Source: Octopus sinensis (lineage: Eukaryota). From it: DNA of 61,541 bases. Every line of letters starts with the position of its first letter. The stretch's first letter is position 1. Below are positions 11,026 to 24,560 of the stretch, piece by piece. The DNA is taken from contig NW_021832259.1 of the NCBI RefSeq assembly GCF_006345805.1, positions 1 through 61,541 on the forward strand, given 5' to 3'. Position numbers and translations under genes: made by a program. The notes below the pieces were generated by a model that was not told the origin of the DNA, did not search any database, and saw only the letters and a list, made by a program, of their open reading frames with translations.

Positions 11026-14000
11026 TTTATGCGACGCTCTTGGCGTGTGTATAGCGTCCAAGCCTCACTTCCATACAGTAGAGTGCTAAGTACACATGCC
11101 TGGTAGATCTTCATTTTCGTGGTCTTGGTCAGCTTATTGTTGTCTCAAGCCCGTTTGGAGAGTTGGGCCATCGCAGCAGCTGCCTTGCCAAAGCGTATAT
11201 TGAGCTCAGCGTCGAGGGATGGGTTGTAGGTAACGGTAGAGCCCAGATAGGTAAACTTCTCCACCTCTTGTAATCTGTGGTCTCCAATATGTATGTTTGG
11301 GATGTCCGATGTAGCCTGACCCATGATGTTGGTCTTCTTAAGGCTGATAGCTAAGCCAAAGTCGTTACATGCTTGCTCAAAACAGTTAATGAGCCTTTGG
11401 AGGGCTTCTTCTGTGTGTGATACCAGAGCCGCATCATCAGCAAATAGCATCTCCTTGATCAGGACGTTTCTGATTTTGGTCTTGGCACGCAGGCGCGAGA
11501 GATTGAACAGTTTCCCGTCACTTCTACTGTACAGAAACACTCCATCATCTGATGTCTGAAAGGCATGTGAGAGTAAGAGCGAGAAGAAGATGCCAAACAA
11601 TGTAGGAGCGAGGACACAACCTTGCTTTACCCCGTTTTTTATTTGGAAGGCGGCTGATGTTGAACCGTTGTGCTGTATGGTGCCTTGCATGTCATCATGG
11701 AAAGACTTGATGATCCTCAGCAGCTTTGGTGGACATCCGATTTTTTAGAGCAGGGTGAAGAGGCCTGTTCTGCTTACCGAGTCAAAGGTCTTTGTTAGAT
11801 CAATGAAGGTCATATATAATGGCATTCTCTGCTCTCTGGACTTCTCCTGAAGTTGGCGTATGGAGAATATCATATCGATAGTTGATCTGCTTCTTCTAAA
11901 GCCACACTGCGATTCCGGATAGATTCGAGAAGCAAGTAGTTGTAGCCTGGCCAGGATAACGCGGGCAAAGGTCTTTCCAACAGTGCTTAGAAGAGATATT
12001 CTACGGTAATTGTTACAATCACCACGGTCCCCTTTGTTTTTGTAAAGCGTAATGATGTTAGCATCCCGCATATCCTGAGGGACTGTACCCTCTTCCCAGC
12101 ACTGACACAGAAGCTCATGAAGGTGCCGAAGCAGGATGGTGTTTTTGCCGGCTTTGATGATCTCTGAGGGGATGCCGTCTTTTCCCGGAGCCTTGTTTCT
12201 TGCTAGGGAGTCAACAGCCTTGGTGAGCTCTGCTATAGATGGCGGACTGTCAAGTTCGCACATGACTGGCAAGATCTTGACACTCTCGACTACAGCCTCA
12301 GCCACTGTAGTCTCCCGTGAGTAGAGATCCTGGTAGTGCTACACCCATCTATCCATTTGCTTGCTTTGATCCCTGGTGAGATCTCCAGTAGTTGATTTCA
12401 GAGGGGCTGACTTGGTTGCGGATGGACCGAGGGCCTTCTTCAAACCGGCATACATCCCACGGGTGTCGCCACTGTCAGCAGCTGACAGATTTCCTGCCAA
12501 TACATATTTGCACAGCGTCTGGCTGTCAGTTGGGTTTTATTTCGTGCCTTTCTGAGTTCTTCGAGACTTTGTAGAAGAGTCACTCTTGGATTGCATCAGA
12601 GCTGCACGCTTTGCTTCGATAACTGGCTCCAGCTCTGAGAGCCCAGCATTGTACCAGTCTTTCTCTCATGCCGAACGTATCTATTGATGTCGTATACAAA
12701 GCTTCCGTGATATAGTTCCACCTACTTTCAGCAGAGGAGGTTGGGCAGCCACCTAGGGCAACCTTGATAGAAGCAGCAAAACATTTTCGCAGTGTAGGGT
12801 CCGAGGTTCTGGCAGTGTTAATGCGTGGTCGGCCCACTTTCTTGGAGCGATGGACTTTTTTAGGTAGAATCCTCACCCTACTTCTAATTAGGGAGTCGTC
12901 CGTGTCACAATCCGCGCTGTGGTAACTGCGGGTCAATAGAGTAGAATTCAGGAAGGATCTCCGTGTAATGATGAGATCCAGCTGATGCCAGTGGTGAGAT
13001 CTTGGATGTCTCCAAGATGTCTTGTGGGATGGCTTGTTGGTAAAGAATGTGTTTGTGATGCACAGGTTGTGGTATGTGCGGAATTCGAGTAGTCTCTGAC
13101 CATTGTCATTCATGTTGCCAATACCAAAGTGTCCAACACAAATGGGCCACGAATCATGGTCAGATCTCACGCGAGCGTTAAAATCCCCTAGAAGGTAGAT
13201 ATTTTCAGTCGTTGGTATATTTAATGTGACACAGTTGAGATCTTTGTAGAACTGGTCCTTGGTCTCCTCTGAGCTGTAGAGAGTGGGAGCATAGATGCTG
13301 AGTAGATGTACTGAGTCAGAAGAAGTCGAGAGGCGCAGTGAGAGGATACACTCAGTGCCTCCTGATGGTGGTTCTATTGAGGAGAGTAGTGAGTTTCTCA
13401 CTGCAAAGCCAACGCCATGTTGACGAGGTTCTTCTGGATCTCTTCCCTGCCAAAAGAAGGTGAAATCCTGCTCTTTGAGTTTGCCGTTTGAGGGAAGTCT
13501 TGTCTCCTGTAGCCCAGCAATGTCTATGTTGAGCCTCTTTAGTTCACGGTCAATGATGCCGTTTTCCTTGTGTCTTCAACCCTAAGTAGATCATCAGATA
13601 TTCCAGGGCACATGGTCCTGACATTCCAGCTTGCCAACTGCAGGACTGGTGTTTTCTTGACTTTTAGTTGTTTGCCTGGTGCAGAGGTTGCAGGCCGCTT
13701 TTCAAGTCATACTCTTAGCTCCAAGCACCCAATGAAGCAGGCGGCCTGTGGCGGGTCAGCACCTTATTAACTGGGGGCTGCCCAGCTTGAGGTGGGCAGT
13801 AGCTAACCAATAGGACACGGAGGTCCCTCCCACCGTCAGAGGTAACCCGTAGCGCCCATATTTTACGCCAATCTGAATGGACTTATCACTCGTGACTGTT
13901 ACCTCCCGTGTTGTTTCTGCAGCTTTTTACAGCAGCACTGAAGTGTCCTCTCCAGTTTTGCGCAGGCCTGGGCTAGAGATAAGAAAGTCCTGGGTAGCCT

Positions 14001-14260
14001 AATCGTCAGGTTTTCTCTCTCGACCTTGCTGATGTAGTCCAAAGGAGTGCAGTGCATTACGTTTGGCACCAGCTTGGTTGCAGGAGCTGCCGGAAGAGTG
14101 TCGAGTCGAACGCTAGACCGCCTTCGGGGCTCCACTCCGGATTTCTTTGAAGGTTGTCTCCTTTCTGTAACCCTGGATAGGGGCCCATACCGGGTACTGC
14201 CAGCCGGAGCAAGCTGAGCCCGGAACTCGTGTCAGGCAGGGTCGTCACTCCCTGAAGTAG
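11026..14260 (-). mobile_element. RTE-BovB-like LINE (5'UTR, APE and RT), 3'-truncated and frameshifted
   Basis: ASWNVRTM, SIYAPT, LLGDFNARV, SADCDTD (APE); KAPGKDGIP, ESQCGFR, FIDLTKTFDSV, GVKQGCVLAPTLF, MLFADDAAL (RT). Confidence 0.93.
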
Positions 14261-14750
14261 TGAAGAAGTTCGCTACCCACTACCTTTACAAGTAATGTTA
14301 AATTATTATTAGATTTTTCATTCTTTTTCCTACGTTTATTTTATGTTTATTTTCAACCACTGATATCCATCATCATCAGAAGCAGCAGCAGTTGTAGTAA
14401 CAGCAGCAATATCACTATCAGCAGTAGCAGAGGCAGTGGTAATAGCAGTAGTAATGGCAGCAGCAACAGCAGCAGCAGCTTTTTGCTTCTCTTCGTTTCA
14501 TAGGGACAAGGGAGGGGGGAAGGAGAGAGAATAGAGAGATATCCGGTATTGGTGGGCGGGAGCACAGCGAACAAGGGTCAGTCGGAATTTAGGGACGGTC
14601 AGAATTTAAGCAGAGCGGGGAGAAGTGAGTAATTTACTTAACGAACATATATATATACTCACACATATATATATACTCACATACACACACATGTATATAC
14701 ACATATATACACACACATATGCACATATATACACACACATATATATACAT

Positions 14751-14840
<90 letters not shown>

Positions 14841-15244
14841 CTGAATGATGTACCTACTATGGATGCTGTCCAAAAGCTAAAAACTAGTAAAAGAATATAT
14901 CACACATAAACACATATATAATATCTATTTGTATCGGTGTATATATACACACACACACATGATTAAAAACTAAAGAATATGAAAACTAAAAGAATATATC
15001 ACACACATTTTATTTGATTTGTGTAAAAAAATCATATACATTATTCTAAGAAATAATTTATTTACTTTCTTTAAAAGATTCTTTTATTTTATTCTGTAAA
15101 ATCAACTCATTTGCATACGCGCAAGTCGTTGTAGGATCGACTACTTACGACTAGCTAGCGCGTGTGCGCGCACCGGGTCCAGTTTTCGCTAATAGTACCG
15201 AGATATCCTTCTCATGAGAAAAGAGTTGCATGCAAAGGAAAAAG

Positions 15245-16119
15245 AAAGTTAATAGTCTATAGTTGTGCACAGAAACTGGGTGCAAGCATGCTAGAGCTAG
15301 TTGTACATATGTATTGCATTGTTCTTTGAGTTAATTTCATCACATGTCTTTGCTATGTCAATTGATGTTGTTTTCCATTTGACTTAAAACTTTTCCGCGT
15401 CTACACAGACACCACACGAAAACAATAGGTGTCACAGTGATATATCCTTTTTCTACAGTCGGCCGGAATGAAGAAGTGACAATGCCACCTTCACATTCTC
15501 TATTGTCAGCATCGAGCATCGACAATTGGTGACAGACCGACGTTATTAGAATACATCAACCACAACGATACAACTGGTTACCCACAACAACCCTGCCACA
15601 GTTGCTGACCCCCGAGCAACAGAACTGCAGTCTTCGTTACCTTATCCATTACATTTGGTGAGCTCGACTTCAAAGACTTACTGCTTCAGCATCGCATGAA
15701 CTCTTAAAAAACAATTACAGTCCGTGCCAGTCGCATCAACTAGAATTATAGGACACGAACTTTCACGACGCATAGTTTTCAGTTCCATCGTCACACGCCC
15801 AAAACAACATGAAGTCGCCGACTCAATGGACACACACCAATTACATTCCACATGTACTGCAACCCGATGCACAGATACACGAGGGAAACAGTTGCCATAC
15901 ATAAATGCAACACTTAGGACAGCTACCCAACCAAGAGAACTAACCTTTTCTCACTTTTCAGCATAGACTTTTCACACAGGACATTACCAATCAGGTTTTG
16001 TCACTTTTCGTTACACATTTTGTACTGTTTGTTCCTTTTGCTGCACAACACAGTGTTTACACATGCGTATATGCATGCTTGCACCCAGTTTCTGTGCACA
16101 TCTATAGACTATTAACTTT
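15245..16119. mobile_element. 875-bp non-autonomous element bounded by 47-bp inverted repeats (MITE-like)
   Basis: 15245-15291 and 16073-16119 are reverse complements with 1 mismatch; no recognisable ORF inside. Confidence 0.65.
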
Positions 16120-16127
16120 ACACACAT

Positions 16128-17165
16128 ACATCATCATCATCATCATCGTTTAACGTCCGCTTTCCATGCTAGCATGGGTTGGACGATTTTGACTGATGGC
16201 TGGCAAGCCAGATGGCTGCACCAGGCTCCAATCTTGATCCGGCAGAGTTTCTACAGCTGGATGCCCTTCCTAACGCCACCACTCCGAGAGGTGTAGTGGG
16301 TGCTTTTTATGTACCACTGGCACGGGGCCAGTTAGGCAGTACTGGCAATGACCTTGATCGAATCTTTTTACACGTGCCACTGGCACAGGTGCCAGTGAAG
16401 CGACGTTGGTAATGATCACGCTCGAATGGTGCCCTTTTACGTACCACGGGCATGGAAGCTAGTTGGCTGCTCTGGCAACGATCATGCTCGGATGGTGCTC
16501 TTGGCACCTACTAGTACAGGCATAAGTGCCAGTAAGGCGACGCTGGTAACGATCATACTCGAATAGCCGCTCTGTCAACGATAACACTCGTATGGTGCTC
16601 TTTGCACCCCGCTAGCACGAATGCCAGTCATCGAATTGATTTTGATTTTGATTTCACTTGCCTCAACAGGTCTTTGTAAGCAGAGTTTAGTGACCAAAGA
16701 AGGAAAAGGTACGCATAAGCGGGCTGGTTACGCTCCTGACATAGGCCACAGGTTATGGTCTCATTTGGCTTGCCGCGTCTTCTCGAGCACAGCATATTTC
16801 CAAAAGTCTCGGTTGCTAGTCATTTCCTTGGTAAGGCCTAATGTCCGGAGGTTGTGCTTCACCACTTCATCCCAGGTCTTCCTGGGTCTACCTCTACACA
16901 GGTTCCCTCAACTGCTAGGGTGTGGCACTTTTTCACGCAGCTATCCTCATCCATTCTTGCCACATGACCATACCAGCGCAGTCGTCTCTCTTGCACCACC
17001 ACATCTAATGCTTCTTAGGTGCAACTTTTCTCTCAAGGTACTTACACTCTGTTGAGTATGCACACTGACATTACACACCCTTCAGGTCATACTGGCTTCA
17101 TTCCGTGCGAGCTTACGTATGTCATCGGCAGTCACAGCCCATGTTTCACTGCCGTGTAGCATGGG
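16128..17165 (-). mobile_element. RTE-clade (RTE-X-like) LINE 3' fragment with (GAT)n tail
   Basis: MLHGSETWAV..., RLRWYGHVARMDEDSCVKK, GRPRKTWDEVV; (CAT)n at 16128-16147 on the + strand. Confidence 0.8.
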
Positions 17166-17580
17166 TTCGTATACATATATATGACAATTTTCCAAGGACA
17201 ATGGTTTAAAATCAAACTTGTTTTATTTTATTTATTTATTTTTTTTTTAGTTTCAGCACAGAGCTGCGGCCATGCTGATGCCACCGCCGTTTTATATTTA
17301 TTCTTTTATTATATTTATTCTTTATTATATTTATTTTTTTTTAATTTTTTACATGCATGCATATATAATACATATGTATATTACACATGCTCATATGTGC
17401 ATGCATGTACATATACACTAATATACATAACACACAGCACATAACACAGCTACACTCATAATATACATCTACACATACGTACATACATATCAAACAATGT
17501 ACGCTCGTACGGTTATATATAACTGTATATATGTATTTTAGTACCATGCATTTCAGCATTTATGCATGGATTACTACATG

Positions 17581-17613
<33 letters not shown>

Positions 17614-17616
<3 letters not shown>

Positions 17617-20600
17617 GGTTTTAGAATGGTACTCCTGAGTGGAATCTGGATGTTACCCCATTCGGATTTTCGGTTAAGAGTGGGTTTGTATTCTTGTATA
17701 CAGACAGATTTAGTGACCTGTCTCAGCATTGCATCAGAGGGATGTGTGGATAAGATGTTTAACTTAAGTCTCACTAAGGAGCCCTTGTGCACCTACAGCA
17801 TGCTGATAGAAGATGAGTTTGGTTTCTTTTCAATGTAGTTGTCCAGGTGTTCTTTGAACCTATCATTGATACTCCTAGAAGTTTCACCTATGTATGACTC
17901 TGGGTTAGTCTCGCAAGCTCCTTCTTGGCACAGTGCTCTGGCATAGTTGTGCAATCCTTCTTGGCACAGTGTTCTTGGTTTTACAGTTCATATTGGGTTG
18001 TGGAACAACTGCACAATTATTTTGACGTGGGAATCTATCGAAAGGATATGATCTACATAATACAGATTGATAGTCCTACCTGTCTTTTCTACAACCTTGA
18101 TCTTAAGGCCAGTTATGTGTAGGATTTCCTTGAATGCCTTACATAATTCGTTCTTAGGTGTGGCATCAACAAACATTACACTAGGAAATCTCTTGTTATA
18201 CCAAGTATTGGTCTTATTCTTTTCTTGGTGTCCCTCTCTAACCTATTCCAGAACTTGTTGCGGTATAGGAACCATACACTGGTTTTCGTCATCACTTAGA
18301 ATGTGTTTGAATCTTGTTTTTTGTTCCTTTGTACACTCTGATTCTGTCATATTGTGTGTATCCGGGGCGTTGCATTCGGAATATGAATTGTTGGATGTGT
18401 TGTCGTTCTTGTGGTTGGCATAGTGGAGATATACATTCCTCATTAATCTAACTAAGTCTGCCACCAGGATGTTGAGCTTGTTAGTACTCGACATCGTTGA
18501 GTTACTACGGATTACCAGTGGATTAGCCATAGGTTTACAAGAGTGTGAGTAGAGTAAACAGGATTTAACAGTTCCGTTAACCATAGTATTTTCTATCCAC
18601 AGCTCAGTATCTAGGACAGGTAATCTGTTACTGGGGTGTTTAGAGGGGCAGTCTACGGTAACTTTTATACTGCTATGGATAGAGTTAGCCATGTGTTGTA
18701 TAGCTGTCATCACCTGTTCTTCATTTAGTAGAGATTCTATCTCTGTGTCTGTATTATTATTACATTTCACGACAATGTTATGTCGTCAATGCATCGAGAG
18801 TACATAGCTAAGTGGCTGTTACAGGTCGCTAGGCACTGTTTAAACTGTCTGTCCCACCATGCAATGAAGAGGTTTGCAACATCACCGACGATCCCTACTC
18901 CAATAGCACCACTTTCGTCTGTTTATACAGTTTTTGTTAAACTTAAAAATATGGGTTTTAAGTATAGTTCTAAGGCTGACACCGATAGCATGTGCAATAG
19001 TAGTTCTGATGTCGTGTGGATCTGAAGGTGAGTAGTCTGCCTCATCCAAACCTGTCAGCGTTCACATTGGGTCTTTTTGTATGTTGAGGTAATGGTAGGT
19101 GGTCTTCCTCGTTTGTTACAGGTAGGACAAGCATATAGAAGATTATTGTGTGACAGATACTCATTGGTACAAGTCAGAGCCAGGAAGAACCCTAGTTCAT
19201 ATATGTCCACATTTTTAAATCATATTGCTCTCACTAATTATCTTTATACATTTTTCGACAGCAAAGTATATGTCAATGGAAGGATATAGTGATACCACAT
19301 CCATGATACCTACGATGTGGTCTCTGAGGTCACACGTGTTGTTGCATTCGCGGATCCTGCTAAGGAGGTCTTCAGTACTATCACGTAAATCTGCAGATAA
19401 CTCTATTAAGGGTCGTATGAATGTGAGAGAAAATATGATATTTGTGGTTGTTTGCATTGTTGGTACCACAAACTGGTCGGGTAGGTGGCCAAGTATACGA
19501 TCCATGTGGATCTTATGATCTTTTCGAAGGCCATATAGGGGTGGGATTTCATTGTTGGTAGTTATGAAATTGTTCGCTGTGCATTTCTCAGAGTGGAGAA
19601 TGATACTCCACATCCCCATGTGAGCATTGAGGACTTTTCGTTTTCAATGTACTCGAGTGTTGTTGTTTTGTTATTGTTGTGTGATGTGTGGTTGCATGTT
19701 CGAAATGTAATTAGATAAGTTGTCAAACAGACATTCTAACTGATTTGTCAGTCGGGAAGCATACATCTCTCTATTTTTGATACGATTTTTAATGTTAAGG
19801 CCTTTCTTAATTTTGGTGTCAAGATCATGGGTCTTATTTTTGTTTGTTGGTGTTTATGCCTTTGGGTGTAATTAGAGAAAGCTGACAGGAGAGTTTGGAT
19901 TTAGTAAGGGTAAACTTTGCTTCTAAAGCAGCGTCTGCGTAGGGGGGGCATGCATACTGTTTTGTTGAATGGTAAGTTGGTAGGGCAGACCCTTTTCATG
20001 TCAAACGACATATGTCACGTTTGTCATAGAAACGACGTATGGAATGGGTATTGCCAGATATGTCATGAATGTCAGGATTTTGGTTGCGGTTAAAGTGTGT
20101 TCTCCATCTAAGTTTGTAAAGCTTTTCTCAATGTCTGATAGTATTGATATCTTGCTAACCTTATTATATGTGGTGAACTTTGGAGTGAGTTCTAGGGCAG
20201 CGAGTCATCTGTATCCAGTTGTACTCCTCCGTACACTCGTACGTTTCTTGTTAGTTGGTCATCATCTACGGGTTTGTCATTCATAGAAATTCCATCAATC
20301 GATTCAGTCATGTCAAACTGTTTAGTTGTTGGGTGGTTGTATGGTAGTTGTAACGTCCATGCTAGTTTCTTTTCAAAGTGTTGTACGCACCTGTCTCATA
20401 TGGAGTTACATTCACGACGAGTAGTAGTTCTTTTATTGTTTCATTTCTTGATTATTAAGTAAGTTCTTCACTTTAGCGAGGGCCTCTCGCTTTTCATTTT
20501 CTTTAGTGGCTAGGTGTATATATAGTTTGGACTTCAGGTTCATAATTACGATATGTTTTAGTTTCGACACTTGTCCTTTCATCAGGTTTAGTGTTTCGAC

Positions 20601-20700
20601 CATTTTGTAAATCCTTTTTGGGTAAACCTTCAGTGAGATGCAGTGTCTAATGAAATGAAATGAAGCTGTTGCTAGCTGTTATTTTTCTCAAGCAACAAGT
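17614..20700 (-). mobile_element. Penelope-like element (RT and GIY-YIG), degenerate
   Basis: PPLYGLRKDHK, DVVSLYPSID, GIVGDVANLF, YSRCIDD, LPVLDTELW and C-terminal YIGETSRSINDRFKEH...PTLNRKSEWG. Confidence 0.88.
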
Positions 20701-20846
20701 AACGGCTTTCCTGAGAGCCTGGCTCAATCTTTCGAATTACGGAGAAGTACTTGCATAGCGAGTGACTTGATCTGAGCATGGAAGGTGCTTATAAGCCATT
20801 TAAGAAACACACAAAAACTGTTAGATTCACTTTAACATTGATTTAA

Positions 20847-20895
20847 TTGGCAAAATATTTTCGTCGCTTTGAGACTGCGACTTCTTCACTGACAA
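20847..20895 (-). ncRNA. Degenerate or variant minimal hammerhead-like motif upstream of the Penelope ORF
   Basis: Minus strand: ttgtca-GTGAAGA-a-gtcgc/gcgac-GAAA-(palindrome aaaatatttt)-tgccaa; core C3 is replaced by G. Confidence 0.35.
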
Positions 20896-21239
20896 AATTT
20901 GTGCTGCATCTGAGAAAGTAACAGTTAGTTCATGATATATATGTGTGTATGTATGTATGTGTATGTATGTATGTATGTATGTATTTATGTATGATGTATG
21001 TATGTATGTATGTATGTGCGTATGCATGTATATGTGTACATGTATGTGCACATTCATGTGTGCATGCTATACACATGTATGTATGTACTTATGTACTTAC
21101 GTATGTGAGTATTTAGGAGAAATAGACGTGTCAGTGTGTGTGTACATGTGTATGTACTTGTGAATGTATGTTTATGTAATATGTGTCAGTTCAATTTGTA
21201 TACTTGACTGTTACCTTGTCACTCGCTATGCAAGTACAT

Positions 21240-21326
<87 letters not shown>

Positions 21327-23029
21327 GCCCTTTGTAAAGAATTAGCAAACTGAGCTGTTTTGCAATAAAGGCTTGAATGGATTGAGAGCCATATGATAAA
21401 CTGGTGAAGGAGCATGGATTTAAACTCTGCCTTCTTAGTTGCTCATTGGTGAAATAGCATAAAAAATATTGTTTATGGTTAAGATTTCTTAATTAATATC
21501 AGTTTCTATATTAGTGTATGCATCTTTAGTGAAATGATGATGAACTCTCTTACAATATGACTATGTGAATTGCTGAAATTATGATATATTGTAAATTTCA
21601 CGAATATTTGAATGACAGGAAAGCTATCCTGTTTCCTAACATGCAGATTTATTTTTCCAAGATATTTGATTAATTGGTCATGTTTGTAAAACAGGGGAAT
21701 GCCTCAAATTTTAGAGGAAGTGGTTAATTGATTAAATTGATCTTATTACTTGACTTGCACTTTTTTTATCAACCATGAAAGGAAGAGAAACAAAGTTAGC
21801 CTCAACAGGATTTGAAACTAGAACATAAAGAGCTGGTAGAAATAGTGGAAGGTATTTTGCCAACACTAACAATTGTGCCTCTCCACCATCTTAAGTTTAA
21901 TAGAATAAAATCTGTGAATGAATTTTTATGAATTTCTTGTGTAGTTTTAATGAAAGTTGGTCTCACATTGCTTGCATTTATATCTTTCCTGAGACATGTA
22001 AAAGTTTCCATTTGCATAATGCTTGGCTGTAATATAAATGGTTTAGAGAAAGAATTGCTAGTTGTCACTTCAAATAAAAGAGTAGTGAACTGATATTAAA
22101 GCCAAAATTTTCCTTTCGCTACTATTATGATGTTTTTCTTTTTACTTTCAGGGTTAAAAAAATGAATGATTACACTTATGGGTTTACATGCGAGACTGTT
22201 GTTTATCTTATATCCTTCTATATGTTGGATATACAAAATTCACGAAGCGGGGATAGACACAACTGTCTTCACACAACACCACTTCAGATTACTCTACTAA
22301 ACACAATACTCCAATAAATACAAACTCTGAACAACGTCAACAACTTCCATGAACTCTCAATGACTTCTGACTCTCTTTGTCTCAACCAATATGCTAGTTT
22401 TTGTTATAAGAGTTTTGCTAGTCCATTCATCCAATCCCATAGGGGTGCCAATGACTCTCACCACAACAGTTTATACATGTAGACTTTTCTTTATACATGT
22501 GGATTTTACCAAACAAGTAGCCCCATGCGAAACTTCACCTGTAAGTACATAATTTTCTGTTAATTTAAGTTTTCTGTTAGTTAACCATAGCTGTTTGTAA
22601 ATTGAACACAATGTTTCTCTGTGTATATTGAACAATTTCATAAGACATATATGTTTGCAAATGTAAAATATGTTTGTTTCCCAATACCATGGTTTAGGGT
22701 CTAGTTCTACCGTGTGGCATTTTGGGCAAGAGTCTTCGACAATAGGTAGGGATCAACAAATGCATTTTTAGTAAAAGTGGTTGATGGGAACTATATGAAG
22801 TTATTGCATGTGTGTGATGTATATTATAGGGTAACTGTTGACAAAAAGTGCAAAATACTCATTGAAAAATCAAATAATTTAGAGTAATGTCAAGAAGGGA
22901 TGTGGAATGGATAGTGAAAGGTCTGGCTTGGAAGGTGTCCCACAGTATTGCAGCCTGGGCCTATGTGTCATCTTGCTACTGCAAGAGAGTACAGACCATT
23001 GAATGTTTGTGAAATATTGGCATCTAAGA

Positions 23030-23330
23030 TTATGAACTCTTTGGATTTACTGATTACCTTGATGTCAGTGAGATTGCCATTGTCAAACAAGAGATTTGTT
23101 ACCTTAGTAAGTGTCTACCCTCCAACCATGTGTTCCTCTGAAGAGAAAAAAGAAATATTTTATCTTTCATGAAAAAAGCTTCTGTGCAGTGTTCTTTCTG
23201 CTTTATAAAATCTTCATACTTGTGATTTCAGAGATAAAAAAATTTGGGATATAATTGGGAAACATGAAGCCAGAAAATGCAATAGTAATGGCTTGTTTAG
23301 TACTGCAAATGTGTTCGATTTTTGCATATA
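23030..23330 (+). pseudogene. Old RTE-BovB APE endonuclease remnant
   Basis: LMSVRLPLSNKRFVTLVSVYPPTM..EEKKEIFY and IIGKHEARKCNSNG. Confidence 0.65.
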
Positions 23331-23944
23331 CTGGGTAACTGTCAATCTCCTAGTGTGGAGCATGCTGTATTTGAGCACCAAATATGTGGGATATTTATGT
23401 GATCAAGATGAAAGGCAATTAGGTCTCTCATTAATTTCTGTTGGTGAGTTGGCCTGAGGAAAAAATAGGCAACAAATTGAAATTAAGGCATGAAAGTCAT
23501 TAGAGACACTTAGAGGATCTAGATCAAATTAGAGAAAGGTGAAAACATCACTAAGGTTTTGATGGAAAAAATTGTTTCATGTTGGAATGAGTGAATTTGA
23601 ATGAATGTCAATAAAATCTTGTGTGCATGAAAAGCTTGAGAGAGATTTTTGAAAAGGTCTTAATATTAATGTTTCCATTGTTTTTGCTTCAAAAACTACA
23701 TAGACATGACAGAATTAAATAGACATCCTTATAATTGTTAAAATTTATTTTAAATTATTTATTAATTATTACTGTGAATATCTAATATTTAGTAGACAGG
23801 CTCCTTGCATTTTTGAATGCAAGGACCCTAGCAGGCATGCTACTGATCTGATGAATATTCTCTTCATGGTTTTTGCCAAGTTTCTTGCAGTAATATCAAA
23901 AGATCTGGCTTTAAGGATGCTTTCTTTTCTTTTTAGGAAGTATC

Positions 23945-24560
23945 CCATCCATCATGCCTCAGAGGTGTTCAGTAGGGTTCATATCTGGTGATTGGCTTAG
24001 CTATGGAAGCTTTTTAATGCCATTCTCTTCCAACCAATCCTGGGTCTTTTAGTTTGCAAGAAAGCCCTATCTTCCATAAATAGTGTTATTTAATTAATCA
24101 TTTTCCCCTGGAGGTTATAGGAAGAAGATTTTTCTATAATATGGACACATATTTATCTGAGTTTATGTATCCCTCACACTCCACCATTTCTGATTGACTA
24201 TTGCTCCAAACTGCTCTCCAGACCATCACATGTTTCATTGTTGGCTGCAATATATTCACGTGAAAATATTGGTGACTGATTCTCCAGACCCACATTCGAC
24301 CAGTGTCAGAAAATACAGCAAATCTGGATTCATCAGAGAATTTGACAGTGTCCCAAAGTGCTAGTGACCTCTCTACCATCTCACTTGTCCAATCTTTTCT
24401 CCATTTGATATTTGCTGGTCGAAGAGTGTCTTCTTTCTTGCTGCTCTGCCATAATAGCCAATTTGCGGAGATAACTGACAGCTATTCTGGGACTGACATC
24501 AACTTATTCTGCTATATTGGAGGCCTTGCAATGAGGATTATCTTACACACTTCTCTTAAG
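23945..24560 (-). pseudogene. Tc1-family transposase remnant
   Basis: YYGRAARKK.LLRPANIK.RKDW, W..V.FSDESRF, VMVW and SQSPDMNPTEHL; frameshifts. Confidence 0.8.

Noticed and set aside
14353-14574. Leu-rich membrane-like ORF
   Set aside because: It arises from a degenerate (CAG/TAG)n-like tract.
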